DNA of 64,000 nt from an uncultured cyanobacterium (GTDB lineage Bacteria; Cyanobacteriota; Cyanobacteriia; Cyanobacteriales; Nostocaceae): NCBI GenBank assembly GCA_963740315.1, contig CAVUDP010000002.1, positions 736,001-800,000 of the forward strand, read 5' to 3'. The position numbers were made by a program, and so were the translations under genes. The notes under the pieces were generated by a model. The model was not told where the DNA came from, made no database searches, and saw only the letters and a program-made list of their open reading frames with translations. Below are positions 18,201 to 29,401 of this stretch, piece after piece. How positions within the stretch are numbered: position 1 is the stretch's first letter; every line of letters begins with the position of its first letter.

Positions 18201-20603
18201 ATGGCTACTAAAATCAACAAGTTGGATGATAGTAATCTTCAAAGCCAAAATTCCTTCTCGTCGGTATCAAATAACGCTCTACCTCAGTCTCCTACCAATA
18301 ATTTAGATGTTTCTGCTGCTACCTATTTGGGTGGAAAAGATGATGATTTTACCAATGCTGTGGATATTTCCCTTGATGGTAATTTCGTTATCGTAGGAGG
18401 TTCTTTAAAAAACGCTAACCTGGGAGGAAAAGAGACTGAACTCCTTGGTGGTGGTGATGGAACGATCGTCCGTTATGATTCTCGAAGCAATCAAGCTGTT
18501 GCTACAACCCGTTTACCAGGAAAAGTACTGGATTTAGAAGTATCAAATAATGGGAACATCGCTGTTGCTTACGAAGGCGGAATCGCTGTATTAAATGCTG
18601 ATGCGACAGAAGTTAAATGGAGTAAATCTCTGAACAACGTTGCTCGTATCGCTATCTCTGATGGTGGTAAAGTTGGTGTTGTAGAGGACATCAAAGGTAG
18701 TAAAGATAAAGCTTATTTATTCAGCAGCGACGGAGAAGAACTCAAACAATGGAGTACAAATAACAGCAAACGTCACTTTCTTGATATAGCTGTTACCGAC
18801 CAAGAAGGAGGTATGGTAATTGCCACCGGGTACGAGCAAAAAACCGGAATCTTGCAGGTTGCCTTCACTCAAGCATGGTCATACCAAGGAGAAAATCTCT
18901 GGAAAAACTACGACTTTGATGATAAAGACATCTACAAAGAAAACTTGCTGGCTGATACGCGAGGAAAGCGCGTTGCTATTGGACGTGATGGACAGCTTTA
19001 TTCTTCATATTACGTCAATGGCGGTACCGGCTTTTCTATTTTCTATCGCGATCCTAACGATCTATCAGAGAAACTGACTGGCGATCGCAAAATCGAAACA
19101 GATAAATATACCAGACCTACCAATGTCGGTTCGGTACAGATGCTTTGGTATGGTCGTTATGACCTCAAAAACGGTGACTTAATGAAAGGTCAGTCTTTAT
19201 TAAGCCGTCTTGATAAAGGTAAAGGTAATTCCATCAACAATGAATCAATTACAGCTACAGAAGACGGTACCGTAATTCTGGCTGGAGCGAGTGCATATAA
19301 GATTGCAAATCGAGATGAACAGACTATCGAAGGAAAACCCGTAAGCAAGTACGATGGTTTTGAGGGATACGTTGCGTTTATTAGTCCAGATTTGACAGAG
19401 AGACTTTCGTGGACTCCAATTACAGATAGTGAAACCGCTGTAGCCGCAATTCGCGACGGTAAAGCAGCAGTCGTTACCACCACCGATTTTAAGGGAGGTC
19501 AAATTACTCACAACGCTATCCAAGATAGTGCAGGTGGGAAAAACGACGGCTATCTATTGGTGATTGGTGGTTCGGATGTGCCTCCGGGAACAACACCAGC
19601 TACCCCGCAAGATAAACCTCCTATCCAAGGAGACGATACTCCTGTAAATTCAGGAGACGATACTCTGGTTCTCAAACTTGAATCTTATGGTGGAAGTCAA
19701 GACAATCCTAATAATGGAACTGTCGAGATATCCTCTAACAATAATGAAGTCAACTTGAGCGGAAACCGTTGGCAAAGACTTGAAATCAACTCTACCATCA
19801 CAAAAAATACTGTTCTACGTTTTGAGTTTACAGGTAACGGTAAAGCAGAAATCCAGGGTATCGGCTTCGATAATGATAATGCGATTAGTAGCACACCCGA
19901 CAGCGGACATTTCTTCCAAGTTAATGGTAGCCAAAGCTGGGGGATCGAAAATCTCAGTCGATTCATTGTTGGTAAGGATGACAAAAATATTTATGAAATC
20001 CCAGTTGGTGAGTTCTTCACTGGGGATTTTGACTTCCTGACAATTGCTAACGATGATGATGGACCTAACCCCGATGCTGAAAGTACATTCAGCAATATTA
20101 AGATATTTGAATCGACTCCCGACTCACTTGAGATTTCCATCAATGGAGAAACTCAAAGTGAAGAAATTCTATCCTACGGTGGTGTAAGTGAAAATACAAG
20201 CATAATTTCAACCGTTAGCAACGATAATGAATTGCAGTTACAAGCAAACGGTTGGAAACGCTTGGATATTACCGGCTATGAAATCACTGAGAATACATTA
20301 CTCAAATTTGACTTTGCGGGTAATGGCGAAGCTGAAGTTCAGGGAATTGGCTTCGATAATGACAACGTTATTAACGGCACGCTGGATGATGAACATTTCT
20401 TCCAAGTTGATGGTAGCCAAAGCTGGGGTATCGAAGACTTAGACGACTATATTGTTGGTTCCGACAACGGATTTACACAATATTCCATAGCTGTAGGGGA
20501 ATTCTTTACAGGTAAATTTGACTTCTTAACTATCGGTAACGACGATGATACAGCGAATCCAACAGCAATAGGACAATTCCAAAATATTGAACTTGTTGGT
20601 TAA
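18201..20603 (+). CDS. Paralog of 15334..17664 with the same propeller region and two C-terminal beta-sandwich repeats
   Basis: N-terminal ~450 aa closely similar to the upstream gene up to GYLLVIGGSDVxPG; then two copies of SYGG..W.RL.I..IT.NT.L.F.F.GNG.AE.QGIGFDNDN..HFFQV.GSQSWGI..VGEFFTG.FDFLTI.NDDD. Confidence 0.85.
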   Translation: MATKINKLDDSNLQSQNSFSSVSNNALPQSPTNNLDVSAATYLGGKDDDFTNAVDISLDGNFVIVGGSLKNANLGGKETELLGGGDGTIVRYDSRSNQAVATTRLPGKVLDLEVSNNGNIAVAYEGGIAVLNADATEVKWSKSLNNVARIAISDGGKVGVVEDIKGSKDKAYLFSSDGEELKQWSTNNSKRHFLDIAVTDQEGGMVIATGYEQKTGILQVAFTQAWSYQGENLWKNYDFDDKDIYKENLLADTRGKRVAIGRDGQLYSSYYVNGGTGFSIFYRDPNDLSEKLTGDRKIETDKYTRPTNVGSVQMLWYGRYDLKNGDLMKGQSLLSRLDKGKGNSINNESITATEDGTVILAGASAYKIANRDEQTIEGKPVSKYDGFEGYVAFISPDLTERLSWTPITDSETAVAAIRDGKAAVVTTTDFKGGQITHNAIQDSAGGKNDGYLLVIGGSDVPPGTTPATPQDKPPIQGDDTPVNSGDDTLVLKLESYGGSQDNPNNGTVEISSNNNEVNLSGNRWQRLEINSTITKNTVLRFEFTGNGKAEIQGIGFDNDNAISSTPDSGHFFQVNGSQSWGIENLSRFIVGKDDKNIYEIPVGEFFTGDFDFLTIANDDDGPNPDAESTFSNIKIFESTPDSLEISINGETQSEEILSYGGVSENTSIISTVSNDNELQLQANGWKRLDITGYEITENTLLKFDFAGNGEAEVQGIGFDNDNVINGTLDDEHFFQVDGSQSWGIEDLDDYIVGSDNGFTQYSIAVGEFFTGKFDFLTIGNDDDTANPTAIGQFQNIELVG

Positions 20604-20742
20604 TTGATTTTGAAAGGTTCGTAGTAAGGGCTTCAGCCCTCTTAGAACTAAAGTTCTGACTACAAACTAATAAAATACACTTAGCGTGGGGAAATTAAAA
20701 ACTTCTCCCCGCTCGAATGCTTTAGGTTTAACAGCCTTGTTA

Positions 20743-20858
20743 CATCTCGTTCCTAGCCTCCAGGCTGGGGTACGTATTACAAGAGGCTCTGCCTCCTGGA
20801 AGTGAACGAGAGGCGGAGCCTCCATGCAAGGAGTTCCCAGCCAGAGACTGGGAACCAG
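20743..20858. repeat. Multi-hairpin dispersed repeat (CTCGTTCC..GGAACCAG ends; GAGGCTCTGCCTC / GAGGCGGAGCCTC)
   Basis: Nested inverted repeats read directly. Confidence 0.65.
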
Positions 20859-21185
20859 TCAAAGTCCTAATTTTTTGAAATACGCTTGAGCTTTCTGATA
20901 ATTTGCCTGATTCAAATCGTTAATTATATTGCGTTGTTCGGAATCAACTTTAAATATTTGTTCGCGAATATCACCAGGAAACAACTTTTTTAAATCTCGT
21001 TGGTAAAAACTACCATTTCCTGGATATTGATAGTTAGTTACTTGATAAGTATTTTCTTTTTTTTTCAACATCGTAACAATCGGAACTCTCGTACCAGAAC
21101 CTCTTTTTAATTTACTATTATACTCATCGCAAAGTAACCATAGATATGCATTAATAGTATTTTGATTTCTTTTGTCGGCACCCAA
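20859..21185 (-). pseudogene. Probable 5'-truncated gene fragment
   Basis: Protein-like 108-aa frame with only a TTG start; an in-frame stop lies within the upstream (CTTTAAC)n heptamer array. Confidence 0.45.
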
Positions 21186-21312
21186 AAAACCTTTAACCTT
21201 TAACCTTTAACCTTTAACCTTTGACCTTTCAGATTTTGGATTAGATTTCAAGATACAAAATCTAAAAGAAATGCATCCGTTGTTAAAATCTAAAATCCAA
21301 AATCCAAAATTG

Positions 21313-21921
21313 TTAGGCTTTTCTTGAGTAGTATTCCACTACTAACAGTTCGTTAACGCTTAAAGCGACCCATTCGCGTTCGCAAACACCGTTAATTTTG
21401 CCAACCATTGTGTTTTTATCAAACTCCAAATGACTGGGAAGGTTTGCTAAACCAGGATATTGCAAATTGGTTTCCACCAACTTGCGAGAACCCTCTTTGT
21501 TTTTAACAGTAATAACCTCTCCGGGACGACACTGGTAGCTAGGGATGTTAACTTCACGACCGTTTATTTGAACGTGTCCGTGATTCACCAGTTGACGTGC
21601 TGCGGGAATAGTTGGAGCCATTCCCAAACGGAAAACGGTGTTATCCAAGCGCATTTCCAAGAACTGTAACAATATCTGTCCGGTAGAACCAGTTACTCGT
21701 CTTGCTTTGCGGATGTAACGCACCATTTGGCTTTCAGTTAAACCGTAGTTAAACTTGAGCTTTTGCTTCTCCTCCAAACGGATAGCATACTCAGAGCGCT
21801 TTTTACGGTTTTGACCGTGCTGTCCGGGGGGATAAGCACGTCTAGCAGTTTTACGGCTTAATCCTGGTAGTTCACCCAGGCGGCGTGTAATTCTTAATCT
21901 AGGTCCTCTATATCGGGACAT
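21313..21921 (-). CDS. rpsD: 30S ribosomal protein S4
   Basis: [48 protein letters not shown]. Confidence 0.99.
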   Translation of the reverse strand: MSRYRGPRLRITRRLGELPGLSRKTARRAYPPGQHGQNRKKRSEYAIRLEEKQKLKFNYGLTESQMVRYIRKARRVTGSTGQILLQFLEMRLDNTVFRLGMAPTIPAARQLVNHGHVQINGREVNIPSYQCRPGEVITVKNKEGSRKLVETNLQYPGLANLPSHLEFDKNTMVGKINGVCEREWVALSVNELLVVEYYSRKA

Positions 21922-22009
21922 TATCTTTTCCTTTATCTAATCCTTTTAAATTTTACTCAGACATAACATTATAAAGGTCGAACGAAGAATATGGAATGGG
22001 TAATAAGGA

Positions 22010-22162
22010 ATGGGTGATGGAGAGATGGGGTTCGGGGGTGATGGGGAAGATGGGGAAGAGGGGGGAGAGGGGGAAGAGGGGGTGATGGGGTTCGGGGGAG
22101 ATGGGGAAAGGGACAAGGGGACAAGGGGACAAGGGGACAAGGGGACAAGGGGACAAGGGGGA
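22010..22162. repeat. G-rich STRR cluster (GGGGA(T/G) and GGGGACAA units)
   Basis: Read directly. Confidence 0.85.
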
Positions 22163-22317
22163 AGAAATTTTTAATGATAACTGATTACTGGCAACTGATT
22201 ACTGGTCACTGGTCACTGAAAAATGAGATAGCATTACTTAAAGGTGTTTGGAGAATTTTCATGCTATTTCGTTGGTTCGGCATTCGCGGTTTTGGTTCTG
22301 TAAATTGTGAAACAAAA

Positions 22318-22944
22318 ATGCTTTCTGTGCAGCGTTTCGATTTTAATTATTTCAAATTGTTTAAATTAATAGCACCAGTTACAGCACCAGTTTTAACTAT
22401 AGCTGGTTTGTTAGGCATGACTTTACCGGCGTATGGTATAAGCAATCCTTTTAAAAGAAATCAAAATGAGTATCGTGTATGTGCGGCGCGTCTTTTGAGT
22501 GTAGGTATCCCAGCGTCCGCTGTAACTAATGCTTGTGCGGCTGCACTTAGACCTTTAGAAGTATCTTCATGCGTGGGTAAAATTCAGCGGAGAACCCAAA
22601 TTCCCGCGACAGATTCGCTTCCATACTGCGGACAAGCACGTCGTCCGAATGATTTAGCGAGTTGTGTTGCTGATATCGGTGCTACAAGTCAACAAACGGC
22701 TACTTCAGCTATTTTAGCTTACTGTAATCGCAGTTTACTACCAGTGAAATTTGGTCAATGTGTAGCAGGTTTGCGTTCCCAAATCGATTTTTCACCGATA
22801 CAAGCGATGGAAAGTTGTATTAACCCTAGCGGCAGAATCAGTAATGTTGTACCTTTATCAACCCCCGGAATCACACCCGCCGCTCCTCCTTCTTTAGAAT
22901 TCAGTCCTACTTTTGAAACAATTCCATCTCCTCCGAATCCGTAG
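22318..22944 (+). CDS. Secreted Cys-rich repeat hypothetical protein
   Basis: Start uncertain (ORF track 22174). Signal-like segment, three C-x5-P-x5-CV repeats and a Pro-rich tail. Confidence 0.7.
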   Translation: MLSVQRFDFNYFKLFKLIAPVTAPVLTIAGLLGMTLPAYGISNPFKRNQNEYRVCAARLLSVGIPASAVTNACAAALRPLEVSSCVGKIQRRTQIPATDSLPYCGQARRPNDLASCVADIGATSQQTATSAILAYCNRSLLPVKFGQCVAGLRSQIDFSPIQAMESCINPSGRISNVVPLSTPGITPAAPPSLEFSPTFETIPSPPNP

Positions 22945-23020
22945 GTGAGGGATGGGGGGATGGGGGGATGGGGGAGATGGGGGGATGGGGGGATGGGGGA
23001 GAGGGGGTAGAAAGAATTCT

Positions 23021-23165
23021 TAACTCTTAACTCCTAACTCCTAACTCTTAACTCCTAACTCCTAACTCCTAACTCCTAACTCCTAACTCCTAACTCTTAA
23101 CTCCTAACTCCTAACTCCTAACTCCTAACTTCTAACTCCTAACTCCTAACTCCTAACTCCTAACT
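23021..23165. repeat. STRR heptamer array (TAACTC(C/T)), about 20 copies
   Basis: Read directly. Confidence 0.95.
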
Positions 23166-23182
23166 ATTTAGATTTCTTTCTT

Positions 23183-23231
23183 CGGACGGATGAAGCTAGA
23201 ATCCTCATGCCTTTAGGCACAGGAGTGTCAA
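23183..23231 (+). mobile_element. IS200/IS605-family right-end remnant
   Basis: TGAAGCTAGAATCCTCATGCCTTTAGGCACAGGAGTGTCAA: subterminal hairpin ending in TCAA; same ending as 29604-29642. Confidence 0.65.
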
Positions 23232-23327
23232 AAAAAACAGGTCGGGTTTACACCATTAAAACCCAACCTATATTTTTTATTCAATTTTGTTTTCGGACAT
23301 ATTTTTGCTAAACTTGGAAAATTGGCA

Positions 23328-23360
23328 TAATCGGCAGTCATTTAAATGACTGCTGATTTA
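23328..23360 (-). terminator. Hairpin immediately after the hetR stop codon
   Basis: AATCGGCAGTCATT-TA-AATGACTGCTGATT near-perfect palindrome. Confidence 0.6.
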
Positions 23361-24284
<924 letters not shown>

Positions 24285-24515
24285 TTACAAAATCAAGAAT
24301 TACAGGAAAGTAAGTAGTATACACCTTCTTTGCAGACTATAAGTTCACTTTAGTTTATCTATTATGCGACAACTAAGGGTATTAATGGTAGTGATAAATA
24401 ACATTTTACCCGTATTTTTACAGAAAAAAGTTAAAACTTACATTGTAAGTTAAATTGCCACAACATTTTTGTCAGTATCTTCACCGACTTATATAAGGCA
24501 GCAATGATTAGGTTG

Positions 24516-24545
24516 TCATACCTAAAACAGCCCGTACAATCCGGT
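24516..24545 (-). promoter_or_regulatory. Putative DIF1-type heterocyst promoter of hetR
   Basis: Minus strand ACCGGA-N18-GTATGA about 280 nt upstream of the ATG; one mismatch to the TCCGGA DIF1 motif. Confidence 0.55.
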
Positions 24546-24682
24546 TTCGTTTGACACGTCATTTCCTTTTGGAACCGTTAGAAGCTAGCGTATCGTTTTT
24601 ACATCCCCCGCAAAGATGTATGTTAACAGCTCTTAACTATGAATGTAGTTTTACTGTATACCAGTGACCAGTTAACAGTTAG

Positions 24683-24833
24683 CAGTTACCAGTTACCAGT
24701 TACCAGTTACCAGTTACCAGTTACCAGTTACCAGTTACCAGTTACCAGTTACCAGTTACCAGTTACCAGTTACCAGTTACCAGTTACCAGTTACCAGTTA
24801 CCAGTTACCAGTTACCAGTTACCAGTTACCAGT
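24683..24833. repeat. STRR heptamer array (CAGTTAC), about 21 perfect copies
   Basis: Read directly. Confidence 0.97.
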
Positions 24834-24954
24834 AAGTAGTTATCTCTTATTTAATTTAGAATTGTTAACTTTTAACTCAATACTCCTAATTCCGGTGGTC
24901 AGGTAGTCCTAACTCAGATGGTTTTTTCCATCTCCCCATCTCCCCCGAACCCCA

Positions 24955-26865
24955 TCAATTAGAACGAGGCGTTTGACTTCGCTGTTGCAGCAATTTCTCG
25001 ATGCTGAAGGCTGCTGCTCCGAAGGTGACTAGTAGTACTCCGAGAACTTGCATTAATGGTAAAGTCTCTTGAATTACTATTCCGGCGAAAATTACTGTCA
25101 AAACTGGAACTGTGGCACTAATCAAACCTGCTCGTGTTGCGCCGATTTTACGAATACCGAAATTATTTAGTAAGTAACCGCAAAGGGTTAGTACTCCTAA
25201 AATGAAAGCGCTTAAAATCAGTTCTAAAAAATTAGCTGAGTTTATGTCTAGCCTCCAACTTGAAGGTAAAGGTAGGAGTAAGCCGATAAAGCACAAAAAC
25301 AGCATTGTGGCGAAGTTAATTAGAGTAAAAGAAACAGGATGCAGTCTAGCGGCGCAAATGCGGGTTAATATCACGTAAAATGCAAAACTTATTCCGGCTA
25401 CAATTCCTGTCGTGCTTCCTAAAGAAACGTTACCCGTACCGCTTGTAGTTCCCCCTAATACTAAAACTATTCCTAAAACAATCATCGCATAAGCAAAAGC
25501 GCGGAATTTACTTGGACTATCGCGAAACAAAAGCCATGACAATAGTCCGCTCACAATTGGATACACGAACAAAAGTGCGATCGCCATTCCGGTGAAAACT
25601 CTCGCGATGGCTATGTAAAGCATTATCTGGGATAAAAACAAGAAGCATCCGCTGATTATTGATAGCATCAGCACTCTTCTAGCTGTAATGACTGTAGGGG
25701 TGCGATTTCCTTTGACTGATTCGATTAAATTTTGTAAATCTTGCCAAACCCTTGGATGCAGGATGGGTGCCAAAACTAACATCAGCGGCACAACTACCAA
25801 CATTCTCAGCATTAAAACTAACAGGCAATTTCCTAAAGTTGGCGATATTAACTGTTCTAAATCAAATACACCCAAGACTCGGGAATTTGGCTGAAATATT
25901 GCTTTAATTGCGACGTTGTAAATAGATGTGGCTACGGTAGACAGTACAATTAACAATAATCCCTTCGGACGCAGCCAAAAGACTTGTACCTGTGGTGATA
26001 TGGGTTGTTGTGGTGTTGCGGGTTGAGTGGAGGGTTCTTTTTCAGTTTGAGTGGATGTATTTGGTAAAGAAACATTAGCTCCTCGAACGGTAGAAGTTGC
26101 TGTAGTGGTATCCTCCGGTGGAGGAATTATTTCAGGGGTTTCTTTAAATAAACTTGATGGAAATGGTTCAGTCGCTGGGGTTTCTTCTTCTGAATCGGGA
26201 GAATCTTCAACGTAATCAACGTCTTGTACGTAATCTACTTCTTCTAGTTCTTCTAATTCTTCTACTTTTTCTAATTGTAGGTTTTGAAATTCCCTTTGAT
26301 TTGTATAAGTGGTAGTACTTTCCAATTCTCGGCGGAGACGATTTACCAATTCTACTAAAATCGCTTCCCCTTGTTCCTGTTGCAGTGACATTCGGGATAA
26401 TTGCTGTGATACACTACTTCGATAGTCTTCTAAATCTTGTTGGAGGGTATTAAAAGCATTATTAAAAGCATTGCTAATAGATTCTTGATTTTGAGCTTGG
26501 TTGTATATTCCAGTTTGAAGAGTTGTGTTTGTGGTAGATTGGTTAACCAACTTTTCAAGTGAAGCTTGCAACTGCACGGAAATGTGATTTCCTAAAACTT
26601 GCGCCAACTGACGCATTAATACCTGTAACTCATCAATTTGCCTTCCTCCTTGCAGCTGCTCCCTTTGTTCTTGGAGACGTTTGATATCGTCAGCCAAGCG
26701 GATTTTTTCACCTTGTAGGCGTTTGACATCATCCTGCAAAGATTTGAGCAAATTCCGCTGGATAATTTGTAATTCCTCAGTGACAGCCCGTAAGGCAGAT
26801 TCGGCAGAACCGTATGGTTCCCCTGCTCTACGCGGCTTTTCTGGTCCGTTATCAAATCGTCCCAT
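24955..26865 (-). CDS. sepJ: Septal junction protein SepJ (FraG): coiled coil, linker and DMT permease
   Basis: MGRF start, coiled coil, Pro/Thr/Glu linker and a multi-TM EamA-like C-terminus; sits upstream of hetR as in Anabaena. Confidence 0.92.
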   Translation of the reverse strand: MGRFDNGPEKPRRAGEPYGSAESALRAVTEELQIIQRNLLKSLQDDVKRLQGEKIRLADDIKRLQEQREQLQGGRQIDELQVLMRQLAQVLGNHISVQLQASLEKLVNQSTTNTTLQTGIYNQAQNQESISNAFNNAFNTLQQDLEDYRSSVSQQLSRMSLQQEQGEAILVELVNRLRRELESTTTYTNQREFQNLQLEKVEELEELEEVDYVQDVDYVEDSPDSEEETPATEPFPSSLFKETPEIIPPPEDTTTATSTVRGANVSLPNTSTQTEKEPSTQPATPQQPISPQVQVFWLRPKGLLLIVLSTVATSIYNVAIKAIFQPNSRVLGVFDLEQLISPTLGNCLLVLMLRMLVVVPLMLVLAPILHPRVWQDLQNLIESVKGNRTPTVITARRVLMLSIISGCFLFLSQIMLYIAIARVFTGMAIALLFVYPIVSGLLSWLLFRDSPSKFRAFAYAMIVLGIVLVLGGTTSGTGNVSLGSTTGIVAGISFAFYVILTRICAARLHPVSFTLINFATMLFLCFIGLLLPLPSSWRLDINSANFLELILSAFILGVLTLCGYLLNNFGIRKIGATRAGLISATVPVLTVIFAGIVIQETLPLMQVLGVLLVTFGAAAFSIEKLLQQRSQTPRSN

Positions 26866-27747
26866 TAGTCGTTATCCTCTGCCCCTTGTTTGACCACCTG
26901 TGTGGCTTGCTATTGACTGATTCGGCGAAGCGATTATTACTAGTTTTGTGTATTTTGTCAGTGATAGTTCTCTTTATTTAAATGAACCGATAGCAAGTAA
27001 TATAAAAGCTCTTTAAAAAAATATCATCAATCAAAGAATTTAGAAAATTAATTTTGCTGAATATTAGTATTATTTTTATCATCTTAAGTTAGCAAGCGAT
27101 CGCAAATAAGTTATTAATTGCTTGGAAGTTAACGATTAAATAGCTAATAAATACTAATATTTTTTTGTATATTTTATATTGCAAATAAATTTACATAACT
27201 GTCAGATTACGTATAAAAAATACTTGACAAAAAACACGAAATAAATATTGTATGCAAATCTCTCTCAAGAGCTAAAGTGTTTCCTTGCCAGAATTTTACT
27301 GTCAGATCGGTAGATTTCATTTCACACTCCAAATACCCCGTTAATACTTAATTAAACGCACTGAAATTCATGATATATCTTACACTCAGAATCTCAAAAA
27401 TCCGCATTAAATTTATATATTGCGCCAGCAGCAGCGACGCTCAAACACGTACTAAATTTGTTGCAACCATGTAAATATTTAGACAGTTAATCGTAAATTA
27501 AGTCAAAGAATCGTGCATTAATGTTTGTCATCCTGCAATAGGAATAAAATTGATTATGGTAAATAATAAGTTTTGCAACTACAGCAAGGAATATTTTAAT
27601 TAAAGGAATCACTTGGGATGATGAGATGGGAAGATAAGGGATAAGTTTTGTCAGCGAACTGAGAATAGAACGGATTCTATAGGTGGGGAATGTCAATTTA
27701 ACTAGTTAAACTGAAGATGATCGAAACCAGAAGGATTAACCGGAGTA

Positions 27748-28368
27748 ATGGCAGAAGAAACTAATAAAAACGAAGCGGGAGACGCAATTCCCAGCACTAC
27801 GGATGAAAAAGCGCCGGAAGTAGCTAAAGAGAAAGCACCTAAAACGGACTCTCCTGAAGCGACAGATATTCCGACTGCGAATGCCCCCGATCCAAAAGCA
27901 GCATCAGGAGATAATCCCAACGCTGCTAAAGCTAAACCCGCAGCTAAAGCAGCAGATGATAAGAAGCCCGCAGCTAAAAAGAAAGAAAAACCCCCAGCGG
28001 TTGAAGATAAACCGTTTGAGGAGTTTATGCGGCAGGATTATGTACCCGCGCTGCAAGAAGCGATCGCAGGTGAAGGCGTGGAAGATTTGCATTTGAATTT
28101 CGCAAAGCAAAAACTTCCCATTCCTGGATATGAGAAATCTGAGGAATGCTGGCAAGTTTTAGGTAACTTCCGAAATGGTATGCGTCAATTTAACGTTTAT
28201 TTCCCCGATGAAGATATTAAAGGGAAAAAAGCGTTTTCTTGCAACGAAGGCAAAAGACCTAGTACCCTTGAATCATTTTTAATCGACGAACGTAGAATTA
28301 CTCTAGACTTAATGGTATTTGGAGTAGTACAGCGTTTGAACGGACAAAAGTGGTTGGGAAGAAATTAA
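27748..28368 (+). CDS. ndhV: DUF2996 family protein, NDH-1 subunit NdhV
   Basis: Ala/Lys/Pro-rich N-terminus; EDKPFEEF; LESFLIDERRITLDLMV..VQRLNGQKWLGRN. Confidence 0.85.
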   Translation: MAEETNKNEAGDAIPSTTDEKAPEVAKEKAPKTDSPEATDIPTANAPDPKAASGDNPNAAKAKPAAKAADDKKPAAKKKEKPPAVEDKPFEEFMRQDYVPALQEAIAGEGVEDLHLNFAKQKLPIPGYEKSEECWQVLGNFRNGMRQFNVYFPDEDIKGKKAFSCNEGKRPSTLESFLIDERRITLDLMVFGVVQRLNGQKWLGRN

Positions 28369-28892
28369 GTAAGTTCGTGAAAAATATAGGTAACGGCTCC
28401 ATTTTCGGGGTTGTTACCTATGCCAACATAACCAGAGTTATGCATTTCTTTCAGAATTGCTTCTACTTGTGAAAATGCCGCGCCTGTTTCTATCACTCCT
28501 TGAGTAACGCTGAGTTTACCACCGCGACGTTCCGCAGCTTTTAATAACTCAAGCATTAAGGTTTCTTGAGGAGATTGATATATTTCCGATGCTACAGCTT
28601 GAGGAGTTTGTGCGACACCAAAAGGTGATAAACCAGCTTTTAATCTCAGTTTAATTTCTCTTTCCTCCACCATGTTAGGAATCAGAAATAAATCGACAAA
28701 TTGCCCCAAACCGAACAAGCCCAGGGTAAACATCCACAGCAAACCCGTAACAACTTTACCGTTATACAAACGATGCAATCCGCCCGTAAATCCTAAAAAG
28801 CCCAACAGATTGAGCATATAAGATATTTTGAGGCGCTCCTTTTCTTTATCTTTTTCCTTATCATTATTCTTATCTTTAACTTCAATCTTCAT
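28365..28892 (-). CDS. TM2/NINE domain membrane protein
   Basis: GLHRLYNGKVVTGLLWMFTLGLFGLGQFVDLFLIP. Confidence 0.85.
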   Translation of the reverse strand: MKIEVKDKNNDKEKDKEKERLKISYMLNLLGFLGFTGGLHRLYNGKVVTGLLWMFTLGLFGLGQFVDLFLIPNMVEEREIKLRLKAGLSPFGVAQTPQAVASEIYQSPQETLMLELLKAAERRGGKLSVTQGVIETGAAFSQVEAILKEMHNSGYVGIGNNPENGAVTYIFHELT

Positions 28893-29401
28893 ATGATTTC
28901 AACTCCATCAAACGCTTAAGGCAACTGAAATTTATGTGAATTAATAATTATCTATATTAACAATATTAACAATTAAATTTTAATGTAGTATTTTTAGATA
29001 TCACCAAATTTGGAAGTTAAATAGAAAGCGGCTATAATAAAGAGTTATTCCAAGTATCTGTGACCTTTGGCAATAACTTCATAATTCCTCTATAAGCGAA
29101 TTTGCGATCGTATTATTCCCCTATAAGTGAATTTGCGATCATTTATTCCCTATAAATTCCTATAAATAGAATTGGAAATTATGAATAGACATTAACTGCT
29201 TGTGGAAAGTCAAGCTCATGTTGAATTATCAACCTTTAGCATTTACACCCATTAGCAATATAAATCCGGTAATTATAAAGGTCAAAGGTCTGCATGTTAA
29301 AGGTCTGCATGTTAAAGTTCTGTTTATCTCCTTGTCCCCTTGTCTCCCCATCTCCCCCGAACCCCATCTCCCCATCTCCCATTTGTTGCAACTCTTAACG
29401 T

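Noticed and set aside
21946..22156. Pro/Ser-rich small ORFs
   Set aside because: Translations of G-rich STRR DNA.
24639..24839. ORF with SYQLPVT repeats as a RiPP precursor
   Set aside because: Simply the translation of a heptamer STRR; no leader peptide or modifying enzymes.
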